The position numbers and the translations under genes are program-made. A DNA stretch of 63,552 bases, the filler included, from Octopus bimaculoides (taxonomy: Eukaryota), in the NCBI RefSeq assembly GCF_001194135.2. It is 5 parts of 4 records of this genome, joined end to end, with 100 filler letters (N's around TTAATTAATTAA, not from the genome) between each part and the next. Parts side by side here need not be neighbours in the genome. Positions count along the whole stretch, not along the records: positions 25,555 to 42,599 come from NC_068988.1; positions 42,700 to 59,791 come from NC_068996.1; 3 more parts are not named here. One strand, given 5' to 3'. Numbering within the stretch: the first letter of the stretch is position 1; every line of letters begins with the position of its first letter. Shown here piece after piece: positions 39,951-53,245 of this stretch. The notes under the pieces are model-generated. The model was not told the DNA's origin and did no database searches. It saw nothing but the letters and a program-made list of their open reading frames with translations.

Positions 39951-40336
39951 TTAGTAAACTAGATCAATATATGGGATAACAAACATTTAACAAACATATA
40001 AACAGGGAGGCAGATATGCAAATAGATATGTTAATAAGTAATTAAACGTAAGGCCCAATAGGTATTCACAGAAATAGCTAGATAATTCAAATAGATAAAA
40101 AAAAAGAAAGAAAAAGATTGACAGACAATACAACAGAGAAGGAGAGAGATGACTAGAAGTGTGAAACCATTGAAGCTGTTTTTGCCCCCCCCCCCTCCAA
40201 CTGTAATTATTTATGTGAGACTCAGAGCTGTGGATGGCAAAATCAAATGAACACCGGAGAATATACTTATCGTATTCTAGTTATCTCCCTTTATGTTCTG
40301 AATTTGGTTACCTAACACTAGAGAAGTCGACATTAC

Positions 40337-40355
40337 CTGTCTTCTTTCTGGGTGT
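40337..40355 (-). other. Candidate 19-nt micro-exon
   Basis: ttttatattatag|ACACCCAGAAAGAAGACAG|gtaatg. Purine-rich with strong signals, but too short to validate. Confidence 0.2.
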
Positions 40356-41313
40356 CTATAATATAAAATACCAGTTATATACTACTTGTTAGTCATTTCT
40401 CCAGTTATATATGCATGCACCTTTGTATATTTGTAGTGTGTTGTACTTCTGTAAGAAATTAATGCTAAACATTCGATGTTTGTTAGATAACAGGTGTCAT
40501 GGTGCAGTGTATCTCTCTCTATCTCTCACTATAATGCCCTTTCCTTATCTACTCTTTGTCTCTTTTTCACCTGCCTTTTCCCCTCTTTATCTCACCTTAT
40601 TTTAATCTTTTCCTCCTAATTCTTCTACATCTGTCTGTCTTCTCCCTCTCTTTCTCTCTTTTTTATCTCTGTTTGCCTCTGTTTTTCCCCTCCGACCATT
40701 TCTCCAAGCTCAAACATCGCTGTGTCTGTTTATCCATCCATCCAACCATCTATCTAATCTGTCCATCCATCTATCCATCCATCCGTCTGTCTGTCTGTCT
40801 ATCTATCTATCTAAACATATCTGTCTATCTATCTATCTATCTATCTAAACATATCTATCTATTTATCTATCTATCTAAACATATATATCTATTTATCTAT
40901 CTATCTATCTATCTAAACACATATTTATCCTATCCATTTGTCTTTTCATCTAACCATCCATCCATCTGTCCGTCAGTCTTTTTATCTATCTATCTGTCTG
41001 TCTGTCTGTCCATGCATCCATCTACCTGTCTATCGTTTTGTTTTATCTGTATTTCGGTGTCTGTTAGTCTCTCTCTCATATATATAAATATATATATACA
41101 TGTCCCACCCATGCTAGCATGGAACACGGACGTCAAATGATGATGATGATGATAATGATGATGATTTTATATATATATATAATCATCACCATCACAATCA
41201 TCGTCATCATCATCATCATGAACCAGGCAAAAAACTGCAATGCCATAAGAGTACACCATTTTAGTTCGAAGAAGGCAGGAGAAAAATCAATAGACAGGCT
41301 CTGATAGTGTATT

Positions 41314-41348
<35 letters not shown>

Positions 41349-41479
41349 CATTATTATTATTATTATTATTATTATTAAATTCTGTGGTGGAATCTGTTCT
41401 GGTGCAGCCGGTGGAGGCAAACGGAAGACAGATGAGATGGATGTCTCTCGCAGTACAGGAGATCACCCTTCTGTCTCTC

Positions 41480-42030
41480 ACTCCATATCAGCTTTCGTGT
41501 CCATCATCATCAACACTGTCATTACAATCAACACCTCCTCCTCATCACCATCATCATTAACATCATCGTCACCATCACTACAAACACCACGACTGCTACC
41601 CACCTGCTTTTTTTTTTTTGCCTCCCCACCATCACCACTATTTACATGTGTGTTGCCATCCTCATCACCACCACCACCACCACCACTACCATCATCATTG
41701 TTGCCATCATCAACATCATCATCATCACCACTGTCATTATCTTCACCACCACCGCCACCATCACAAACCACCACTAACACCATCATCACCACCGTCATCA
41801 TTGTTACCATCATCTACATCATCATCATTGTTGCCACCATCACCACAACCACCACCGTCATCATCATCTTCACCACAATCACCATCATGGTCAGCAACAA
41901 CACTAGCATTGTCATCATCATCATCATCATCATCACCATATCTACTAATACAGCCCTCTTCACCATCACTATCGTAACTGCCACCACCACCACCCTAATC
42001 AACATTCATGAGCAATTCATTCATTATTAG
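41480..42030. repeat. Degenerate (CAT/CAC)n trinucleotide field
   Basis: Directly visible. It gives poly-H/S/T/I in all frames. Confidence 0.9.
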
Positions 42031-42169
42031 TTTTCCCCATATGTATTATAACCACCACTGCCAGAAGTAGTAGCTAAATCTCTCCTTCAAATCACACTTC
42101 ACCACCTTAAATAGAAGGACACAGTGGACAACATAATCCATATTATACGAATACACAAATATATATGTA

Positions 42170-42545
42170 GGCGTGGCTCTGTGGTAAGAAACTTGCTTCC
42201 CAACCACATGGTTCTAGGTTCAGTCCCACTGCATGGTACCTTGGGCAGGTGTCTTCTACTATAGCCTCAGGCTGACCAAAGCCTTGTGAGTGGATTTGTT
42301 AGATGGAAAACGAAAGAAGCCTGTCATATATATATATATGTGTGTGTGCATGTGTGTATTCATTTGTGTGTGTGTCTGCTATTGTTTGACAACCGATGTT
42401 AGTATGTTTGCGTCCCCAAAATCTAGCGGTTTGGCAAAAGAGACCGATAGAATAAATAATAGTCCTTAATCCTGGGTTGATTTCTCCAACTAAAGGCAGT
42501 GCTCCAGCATGGCCGCAGTCATATTGACTGGAACAAGTAAAATAA
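42170..42545 (+). mobile_element. SINE family A, full length, with internal (TA)n(TG)n
   Basis: tRNA-like head, accttgggcaggtgtct CORE-like block, internal microsatellite, and tail gtgctccagcatggccgcagtcatattgactggaacaagtaaaa. Confidence 0.9.
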
Positions 42546-42699
42546 TACATATATATACATATATATATACATATATATACATATATATACATATATATAN
42601 NNNNNNNNNNNNNNNNNNNNNNNNNNNNNNNNNNNNNNNNNNNTTAATTAATTAANNNNNNNNNNNNNNNNNNNNNNNNNNNNNNNNNNNNNNNNNNNN

Positions 42700-43030
42700 G
42701 ATACTGCAGCAGCCTCGGTTTCAGAGGACCTCAGCTCTTCAATGCCCTGCCAAAACATTTGAGAGACATGCAAGACATGGATGCGGAGGTCTTCAAGACA
42801 AAACTTGACGCTTTCCTCTCCACGATACCAGACGAACCAACGGCTCGTAATGAGACGCAGTTTAGGGCAGCTGTGTCAAATTCTCTTATACACCAGATGT
42901 GCCATCAAAACTCTTGATTGGACCATGTCAGGTGGGGGAGAAGAGCCATGCAAGGAACGTGAAAATCACGGTGGTGCACCAGCATGACCGCAGCCACTTG
43001 GCTGAAACACATAAATAAATAAATAAATAA
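42700..43030 (+). mobile_element. CR1-type LINE 3' end (ORF2 C-terminus, 3'UTR, (AAAT)n tail)
   Basis: Open frame 42702-42917 YCSSLGFRGPQLFNALPKHLRDM...FKTKLDAFLSTIPDEP...RAAVSNSL* matches the (W/F)NxLP...FKxxLD C-terminus of CR1-group RT ORFs. The 5' side runs into a gap. Confidence 0.85.
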
Positions 43031-43219
43031 ATATATATATATATGCATACACATATACATGTATATATATTTACATATATATATCTTCATATATTTCCAT
43101 ACACACACACACACACACATGTATTACAGATATATATTCATATATTTATATACATTTCTATATGTATATATTTACATATTTATACACATACACGCACGCA
43201 TGCGCACCCGTACCCCAGA

Positions 43220-43263
<44 letters not shown>

Positions 43264-44339
43264 GTGTAGTATATCTGATGGTACACAGCAATAGGCAGGT
43301 CTATACAATTACCGTTGATGTCGAATTCGGCTAAACTCCGATTTTAAATAGAATTTGTATGCAGTAATGTGGGCACTGCCTAATGGGAATTGTCTATAGA
43401 CAATGTATTGATCATGCAGGTACATGTATAATAGAATTAAAGGATAGGTATTCAAACAAATGGTATCGGAACAGATTATGACATAATTACACAACACAAA
43501 GAAAAACGAATGCTCTAAGAATTTAAATCACATGTGATCAATATATAATCGGTTTAGGAACGTTCATAATGGTTGTGATATATGCTGGTATACTCCCGGA
43601 GTATAATGTAAATCTGTAATATTGATATTATATATGAAGTCAAAGCAGGTCATCACAGGTAAAAACCTTAAAACCGGAAGGTAAGAAGAAAAGTGTGTTG
43701 ATTCCCTTGCAGCCTTTTCAAGAACAGACGCGTAGTTGATGTGGTCTCCTGAACGCATTCGTTATCCAAAATTTTAGTAGCAGTCTGTTCCATCTTCGGA
43801 AGAAAAGTGAGTTAAGACTCAGTGAGAGATGGATATATATGTGGAGTGGATGGTGTATCGAAGAGAGCAGAAATGAGAGAGGCAGAATAGTTTATGTCAA
43901 AATAAAAGGAAGATATATTGGAACTACTAGAGAGAACGAAAGTTAGATAGATTAGGGTCCGCATATTGTGGAAGATATGCAGAAAGAGGTGTTTCTACGT
44001 GTGGGGCAAGGAAAATAGGACGGTGTGAAGGGAACAAAGCATAGAATTGCAACGATGAAGGGTAGAAGTTATTAGTTCAGAAAAGCTATCCGGAAGTGGC
44101 AACTTGCAGGAGAGGACTTAAGATTAAGAGGGGGGAATATATATATTCACTACAGGTTAGATTTTTAAAGATCAGGTATATGAATATAAGCCTTTCTACT
44201 TACCACTCCAAAATTTAATAGATTAAAGGACATTGGTGGCCAGTAAAATTTATATAAAATCCGTCCAAATTTGAATATCCAAAATGTAATCTGAAAAAAC
44301 AAATAGAAACCAAATATTAGATAAATATTAGACAGGTAC

Positions 44340-44725
44340 AGACGTAGTTGTATGATAAATAATCTTGCTTCCCAACTACGTTGTCTTGGGTTCAGTCCCA
44401 CTGCTTGACACTTTAAACATTTATCGTGTACTATAACCCCATGCCAACTAAAACCTAGTGAGTGGATATAGTAGTCGGAAACTGTTTGGAAGGCCGTCGT
44501 ATATATGTGTACGTGTGTATGCGAATGTGTTTTTCTTTGCCTCCACCACTTCTTGAGAATCGGTGTTGGTTTCTTTATGTCCTGGTAACTTAGAGCTTCG
44601 GGTGAAAGTGTACTACATAATAAGTAGCAGACTTTAAAAATCAGTACTAGAGTCGATTTTTCTGATGAAAACCCTTCAAGGCAGTACGCTAACATGAACC
44701 TGCAATTCAATGACTGAAACAAAAC
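44340..44725 (+). mobile_element. SINE family A, diverged full-length copy
   Basis: Same head, internal (TA/TG) and tail order as the 42170 and 59435 copies. Minus-strand copies at about 50845-51335 and 53605-53960. Confidence 0.8.
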
Positions 44726-44807
44726 AAAAAGAAGTTTTGGGGATAATTTTTTCTACAAAATCCTTCAATATGGCGTCCCGGCAGAGCAAAGTATTCCAGT
44801 GACGTAA

Positions 44808-45097
44808 CCCATTACCTACCAGTGATATCATATGAGATCACTTAAAAATTACAAATTTCGTAATTATCTGTCAATATTTACACATATCTAACCTTTTTGC
44901 TATATCTACTAGGTATATTTCTCTGATATTCAAATGAGGTTTGCTAATTTTTCACCCAATATCTCGCATATTTCTATTTAAAATGTTATTTTGAAATGTT
45001 ATTTTGATCATTCCAGCGTGTTTCTAAGGCTGTTTTATGCTAGAAATCAAAGTTTCATAAAAAGATTCCAGTTAATAGAATTATGGGAGGTAATGGG
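44808..45097. mobile_element. piggyBac-like MITE (290 bp)
   Basis: TIRs cccattacctacc / ggaggtaatggg starting with CCC. Flanks are GTAA (44804-07) and TTAA (45098-101). Confidence 0.7.
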
Positions 45098-45499
45098 TTA
45101 AGTAAATATAGAAGATAACAGTTAGTTATACCACAGGTAGCACAATCCCTGATAAGGCTTATTCGTACTGATCCACATCCGGGGTTGAACAAAATTATTA
45201 TTTTAGATCAAGCCCTCATCAATTTTTAAAGATCTACTTGGAAACAAAAGCGAGGGTTGGGGGAGTTTACGACTCAATGAATTTGGGAAAATACGGGTGA
45301 CTGTGGAAAATATTATTTGAGTGACTAGCTCTATTCTAAGTATGTGCCTGTACATTAGAGAATAGTAGCTAGACGAGGGCCCATGCCATTAGTTATCAGG
45401 GTAGTGCTAGATCTGTCAGCTCCCTTGATTGGCTTAAAATGAAGTTTCTCCTGTATTTTCTAGCTTCTTATACGTTTGGGTAGGAAGATCCTACAAAAT

Positions 45500-47790
45500 T
45501 GTGCGTTCCTTCGACTCGATGATCATATCATGAACCTCCAGCTTCAAATCTTCATTTTTGATAAATCATCTGGTGTAAAACTTTCATAACTTGGTGATGC
45601 TTCCATTTCTTATATTTTCTCTGTACCAACTTGGGATATTCTGCAACGATGTGTGACGCTGTCTCATTCCAAGTTCCACTGACTACATTTTTCTGACATT
45701 TTCCCATACACACATTTTTTCAAGTTGTTTGCTTTTATCGTTTGATCCTCAGTGGCTTCCCAAAATGAAACATGCAACGGTTTCTTTTCAATCTGTTTAA
45801 CATGTTCTCGTTGAATTTCGATTATATCCTATTCTCCTATTGCACACTTAATCACTTGTTCCTTATCCATTGTCTTTCATAATTTCTCTGTGCTGTTCAA
45901 TAAATATTCCAGTAGGCTTTTTTGTTCTATCTGTATACACTCTTCCACAACACTCTTCTACTGGTTTCTCTTTAGGTACAGGTTGATATCAGCTTTCGGA
46001 TGGTAGGATCCATACAAGACACCGGTCATAAGCTTTCAGATAAGTAGTAAACAGGTTATAGGTCGAAAATCTAATGCCAAGTCACCTTTCAACGGTACTT
46101 GAGACATAACAACGTTCGTCATCCAGGTAGGGACGTGACCATGCTACAGGCATTCATCCAGTTATGTAGCGATCCTTTCATGCAACTGTGTAAAGTTCTT
46201 CAGCCAATAGCTTTATACTCCATGCAGGTCAGGGCCTTCCTAATTTGCTATTCTTTTTTAACTTCAATCTCACTGAATATAAATCAATTCTGACGTCCTT
46301 TTTTCTTGTTACAGTTGCAAGTAATCTCTCTCCACCTATGCTAGCCACTCTGCATTTTCTTTATGTCTCACTGGCCTGTTCCACAATTCTCTCCAAAATA
46401 CTGTACTTTTTTTCTACATCAAGAAGCAGTTCCTGATGTTGGCCCATCTCTATTTTCTCAGAAAGACACCTACTTGATTGAAACAGTCTATTCTCTTCAA
46501 AGCGTTTGCATTTAGCATCATATCTTTTGGATTTGGCCTTTAACACGGTCACTCTTTGTGACAATTTTCATGTACTGTTTGCTTTCCTTTCTCTTCTAAC
46601 CTGTACTGTCCACTCAATTTTCTGATTACTACTTCATTCTTGAGCTCTCCTCTCATTATAATAGCCAATTACCCCAGTTCGTTCCGTGTCTTTTCCAACT
46701 TCACTCGTATTCTTCTACCCCAGTTTAGTTTTCTTCAGTTTTTCGCTTGTATCCTATTATGTCTGCTACAGCGTTAGCAGCAGTTACGATTAGCAGGTTT
46801 GTTTCACTGTTTTAACCAGGATCAAAACGCCATTTACTTTGCTTGTGGCTCTCCTCACTTTGTCCACAATTCTTACTTTTGGTGTTCCTACACACATTTT
46901 ATCTCACAGCATTTCGAGAATCTCCTTCTCATCGCTATTCTTGCGCAGCATTTACTGTAAGTTATCCAACTAAATCATCTTCATTATTTACTTCATTAGC
47001 AATCTTGGACACACAGTGATTTCCTTCTTTTTCACGTTCTTCATATCTTACCCCTTTGTTACCACTTCCTGTTATTGTTTCACACTTTTCTTGTTCAGTT
47101 TTTATTCTTCTCTGAATTTCTTCCACGTCTAATCCTGTAATCCAAAAGTTTTATAAAATTCCCCTTGCTTGGTATATCAATCTCTGGGCGGATGATTCAA
47201 AAACTTTTATTTCATCTCATATTCTCTTCGTTCGTTTCATGAAACCCGTTTTATTTGATTCACTTTTCACCAGCATTCTATTACAATCTTCTTTATCTTT
47301 TTCTCCCATTTCATTTTGTTATTTGTTTTTACACTTTTAACTTCGGTTCTGGTCCCGATCAATGGTTGATGATGACCTGTCGGAGCTTGATCAGACACTC
47401 CTTGCCTGCCGTGCGCGACACCTTCACTGTTAATACTTCCGGTCTTGTTATTATTTCATTTTGACATCACTTATTTAGTGGTAGCATTTGTAAGATTGTG
47501 AAACTATCAGTATTTTTACGGTGACACCTTCACTATGTGGATTGATAACGAAGGTTCAGATGGTCCACACCTACCCTCGTATACACTGTTGTCAGTTCAG
47601 AACTCATTCACGCCGTTGTTTAATACATTTGTATTTCGCCTCTTCATTCATGAGGATTCTGGTGATGAGATGACACAACCACCGCTGTTTTTATTGAGAC
47701 ACTATCTCCAGAGATGTTGCTACCCAAGGCAAAAGGAGCACCCTCAGCCCATGTGTTAAGCCTCGCAAGACGCCAACTTGATATTTCAAG
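45500..47790 (-). mobile_element. Decayed R4/Dong-like LINE, family 2 (5' region and start of RT)
   Basis: Minus-strand remnants LKAKSKRYDAKCKRFEENRLFQ, PDLHGV*SYWLKNFTQLHERIAT*LDECL*HGHVPTWMT and FRPITCLLLI*K match the pre-RT and RT0-1 region of RLE LINEs. Confidence 0.8.
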
Positions 47791-47846
47791 GTCTCGGGGT
47801 GGATATTTCAAGGTCTCAGGCTAGGTATTTTAAGGTCTCAGCGTTG

Positions 47847-47849
<3 letters not shown>

Positions 47850-47893
<44 letters not shown>

Positions 47894-48245
47894 GTTCAGT
47901 AGTTTTATTTTCATAACGTGCTTTCACTTCACTACCGAGTACAGCTCTGTGTACCTTGGATATGTGCTGTGGTTTGCTGTGGTGCTCTTGTTTACTGTAT
48001 TGAAAGTGTTTTGCTTAGGATGTGTGCAGTACCCAGTAGTGCAATTTTCTGTATGTTATATATATTTGTAAGTCCTGGTGTTTTTGTTATGTATTTGTCT
48101 GAATATCTTTTTATTATACCTAAGGCACCTACTATGATAGGAATTGTTTCTGTTTTTAGATTCCACATTCGAGTTACCTCTATTTCCAGGTCTTTGTATT
48201 TTGAAAGTTTTTCCATTTCTTTTAGGGAAACGTTGTCATCTGCTG
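47850..48245 (-). mobile_element. R4/Dong-like LINE 3' fragment (RLE) with (AAT)n tail
   Basis: EKLSKYKDLEIEVTRMWNLKTETIPIIVGALG...QKIALLGTAHIL, a short 3'UTR, then (AAT)n on the minus strand. Confidence 0.9.
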
Positions 48246-48278
48246 GTATTCATACATCAATTAGAAAGCATTTTTTTC

Positions 48279-48373
<95 letters not shown>

Positions 48374-48376
<3 letters not shown>

Positions 48377-48919
48377 AGTCTGAGAGCAGTACATACCACC
48401 AAAGTCACACTGGGATAAAATATACGAAGCCCAGTACACCCATCATGACTACCCATCTGATAAGGGTACACCAGGCACATGCATCATTTGTACGCGACAT
48501 GGTGATCTCATATCAAGATAAAAAGCGCATGACCTTGCAGTTGTTATCCAGTTAGAATTTTCTTCAGGTCGAATAGCCCAACCCATTCAAAAGGTCCCTA
48601 AATAAGAGTTTTTAAGGATATAGTACAAAACACTCATGTTCCCAGAGGTGACTTATTCAAACCCCAAAAAATTCCTCTCAACACATGACTATGATGCTTC
48701 CCCACCACTATTCCTGCTCGTGATCAGAGATGCACATATCGTCAGCTATTATGGGACAGGCTCAACTAATTAAGGTCAAGCAACTGACAAGCAAATCTGT
48801 GGTATTGAGCAGAATATTGACTGTAGCCATCGTTTATACTAAGATAAAACAATGTACATGATAACACTTCCAATCAGTTAAGATCAGAAGCCATGACAGC
48901 TACCATCTGGTGCTGCATC
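48374..48919 (-). mobile_element. About 545-bp non-coding repeat flanked by (AAT)n on both sides
   Basis: Colinear reverse complement of 57591-58130 over its whole length. (ATT)n at 48283-48373 and 48920-48936. Confidence 0.85.
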
Positions 48920-50013
48920 TATTATTATTATTATTACTTGTCTATTACCCGAGGGTTAGAATGATCTGATTAATTACAGATTTTCACAGATTCGTGCACT
49001 ATTCTTTCTGCTATTTAGAGGTTTTGATTATTACCTAGTATCCTGACTATACTGCATTTCTTGTAACCAATAATTATCTTACAATCAAAATCGTATATCT
49101 TAATATTTTTTCTATTATCACCATGGTCTCTATCAACAGTCATCCATTTATATATTTCTACTTTATGTAACCTTTTAATATCCCCATCGGGAATACTTTG
49201 AATTTCATCAGTATTATCAGCCTGCCTAAAGTAAATTATAGTATGTGTCATTCTGTCTCAATATTTTCTCATTTGCGGAAGTCTAGAAATGCTAAGTGAA
49301 ATGCTCTTAACTATAGACATGGTAATTGCGTTTGTGTGGTTTGATTTTCACGCATTACAGGTTCCTATTTGATTTGCAGTATAGATAATAGAGTCTGGCG
49401 CGAAGATCCAGTATAAAATCCAGAAAAAATATTACTCTATATTCATTCTCCGGAGAGATTAAGAGATCTATGTTCTTAAAGAATTTTAAGAGTTTTTCTA
49501 AACAATTCTTAATTAACATAAGCGCGCGCGCACAAATACACACACACACACATACACACGGGTATATATTATCTGTGGGCTAACGAGAAAACCAACGGTT
49601 TCATCTAGTCAGTCTTCACACTTAGTCAAGCATACATCATGGAAGTGTTGACTCTCGCATCAATTTTGTCTGAGAATACAGAAGTTTATACTTGACTGAA
49701 GGGATTTAGTTTACGTAAGAAAACTTATAAGAATATAACAAATATCTTAATTGATTCCTTAATTATTTTTGAACGCTCTTAGCAACCTAACTACATACCT
49801 GCAGTTTGAGATTACTTTTCCTTCTTTGGACCTTCCCCTTTCTCCTTTCCGACGAAGAGCAATGCTCGAAACATCAGTCTTTCTTTATCAAGCGTCAAGC
49901 TAATAATAATTGTATTATTGGTTTATTTTAATTGAGTAAATATATATGTGTGTGTGCGTTTGTTTGTGTGCATGTGTGTGGGGGAGTGGGGGGTGCGTGT
50001 GTGGGCGTGTGTA

Positions 50014-50104
<91 letters not shown>

Positions 50105-50470
50105 TTCAAATGTACAGAAAACAAAGGACAGCAACAGCTGAAGGGACAGCTGGCAGGTGTATCTGTTTCACACTCCGGAAGAATGAAAAATTCCTTGACG
50201 TTTCGAACCTACGCCATTCGACAGAAAGGAGTTAGAAGAAAGCAATGTACAGAGGGAGACAGGCAGACAAACAGAAAAAGAGAGAGAAAGGGGGAGAAAG
50301 AGAGATAAAAAGAGACAGAGAAACAAAGTAAATGGAGTGAGCAAAAATATGTCTGGATTAACAGTTTAACATGATGAAAACATTACATATGTGTGTGTGT
50401 ATGTGTGTGTCATAGCTAACTAAATACACACAGACACACTTGCATATCCATATACGTAATGTATATCTGT

Positions 50471-50520
<50 letters not shown>

Positions 50521-50794
50521 TTTATATTCATTTTTTATATATTATGTATATATCATATATAAGTAATATATATATAATGTATGTATATATATCATATATA
50601 AATAATGTATATATGTATTTAATATCTTAGATATATAAAATATATATATAAACAATCTATACAATCTATATAATATAACATATTTAGTATACAAATGGTA
50701 TGCATATATATATATATGATATGTAATATATGAATAATATATATAATACATATGTATATATCATAATATAGGTAATATATAATATATAAATATG

Positions 50795-50837
<43 letters not shown>

Positions 50838-51116
50838 TTCTTTTATTCTTTTATTCTTTTACTTCTTTCAGTCATTTGGTTGCGGCCATGTTGGAGCACC
50901 TCATTCAGGACATATTTCTTAAACCTAGAATATATTTTAGGTTTTTTTTGTTTTTTGGGGGGCTAATTTAGGAAGACGTAAACACACCAACACCGCTTGT
51001 AAAGCGGGGATGGAGGGACAAAAGCAGATACACACACATTGACATATGCCCACAGACACACACACNNNNNNNNNNNNNNNNNNNNNNNNNNNNNNNNNNN
51101 NNNNNNNNNNNNNNNN

Positions 51117-51154
<38 letters not shown>

Positions 51155-52855
51155 GTATGTATTATACGACGGGGTTTTTTTTCAGTTTCCGCCTACCAAA
51201 TCCACTCACGAGGCTGGCTTTGGTCGTCTTATGGCTTTAGTAGAAGACACTTGCCCAAGGTACTACACAGTGGGGCTGTACCCGGAAGCATGTGGCTGGG
51301 AAGCAAGCTTCTTACCATACACCCGCTCCTGTATATAACATATATGATACCAGTGTGAATTCCACAGAACGAAAAAGATCATGAGAAGCAATTTAAAAAA
51401 GAAAGGATGATTTGCAATTTTATTTTTCTTTTGCTGAGTTTTTCACTTCCTGTCACAATAATATATATCATGATTTAAAAATCTCCCTCTGCTGAACACT
51501 TTATATTTCTCTCTTTCTCTCTATCTCTTCATGTCTTTAGCATTTCTCTTTTTCTCTTCACTTCTCATTTCCACTAACCACATGAGTAACACTATAATGC
51601 ATCGGCTGGCTATCTGCTCTCTCACTCACTCCACCTCCTCCTTCTCTCTAACAAACTGAAGCATAAAGTGTGAACGAAGAGGTAGAATAATACTAGAGAT
51701 TTAGTTCAATAAAAGCAAAACACTTTTCACTATCAATTCACAACCACGACTACCACCACCATCATCATCATCGCTATAGTTCTCAGTAACAAACCTCATT
51801 TCATTTCAGCTGTTAGTTTATCTCTTTTTCTACCTGCCAATGTATTTCTACGCCATCTGCTTCTTTCACTCACTCTGTCTCTCCCTCCCCCTCACCTCTC
51901 TCTCTCTCTCTCTTTATTTATCTTCCTATCTATCTATCTCAATGTAACTGTCAGCCCTGTCTATCTATCTATTTCTCTATCACAATTTCTGTCTTCGTAC
52001 GCTCTCACACTCTCTCTTTCTCTCTCTCTCCCTCCCTCTCTTAATGTAACTGACTCACCTGTCCAAGTCTTTCAATCTGCCTTTTGTTTAACCTCACCAC
52101 CAGAACATCACTCTCCACTGAATATTGTATCCTTAACATATCTCTTTCTTTTTAATTTTTCCTCCCCACTTTACAGCACATCGTTAACATTTCTCTCTCC
52201 CTCATTCCGCTCACTGTCTTTTTCTTTCTTTCAGCCAGGTTGTTAATATCAGAAGTCGTACGGGGTACATTCAGTCCCGCAGTATGATATAATGACTAGA
52301 GAAATCAAAATTACTTACACTTTTAAATTGAGGATATAATCATTAACATGATTATATCAGTGGCTAGCGTATAAAAACAAAACGACCATATCGGTAACAT
52401 TAATTTTCAAGTATATAATTATAAAAATATAATGGGTATTTAGATGAAATTTATACGTATATAGATGAAATTTCTACGCAAACATTTATCGATATGTATA
52501 TGTATTTTTCACTTATATATTGTCAGTTTATCTCTACAGAGGAGTTCAAAGTAATTTTTATTACAAGCACGAAATCTTAAGATATAGGATTATCCTAAAT
52601 TTGTAAATCTTCTTGTTCCTTTCCTCGCATTCGGCCTTGGTTTAAGAACATGTAAGCGGTAAAAGCCAACTAGATCCGCTAAATCGACATTATCATAGCT
52701 GCCACAGCAACATCGAATAGCTCATCCCTATTCTTTTTCACACAATAAGAATCATGTATGTAGAAATTTTCTTGTTTATATGATAATAGCTATGTCGGTG
52801 TTAGGGGCGATTGTGGCACTGAAGAAAGAGCAAGAGCTACTGAAATATGCATATA

Positions 52856-53084
52856 CAGTAATCCCTCGACTATCGCGGATGTTACATTCCAACCGCCCCC
52901 ACCCCCGATAGGTAAAAGTTCGCGAAGCAGAAGCAGTGCTGTATTGTATATGTCTTTTATTATTTTTATAATTTGTATATATATTTTTTTTAATTATAAA
53001 TGTAAAGCAACAACACAGAAGAATCGACGTAAGCTTAAATAATAAACGGCGATAGGTGAACCGCAATATGGCGAGGGGTTACTG
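52856..53084 (+). mobile_element. pogo/Tigger-like MITE (229 bp)
   Basis: TA, then TIR cagtaatccctcgactatcgcgg ... ccgcaatatggcgaggggttactg. CAGT termini. Confidence 0.85.
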
Positions 53085-53210
53085 AACACCCTTTAATTAC
53101 TTTTCCATATTCAATTGCATTGTTTAAATTACACGTAATCAGATACGAAACATGATAACAAATCAGTGCTTGCTAGAATTTCGATAGTAAATCTGTAGCG
53201 ATAACTACAC

Positions 53211-53245
<35 letters not shown>

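Noticed and set aside
43560-44150. Purine-rich block suspected to be an L2/CR1 3' end
   Set aside because: Manual translation gave no convincing motif, so it is left unclassified.
49015-49251. 78-aa minus-strand ORF with possible splice sites
   Set aside because: Modest signals and no recognisable homology. Its length is within chance expectation.
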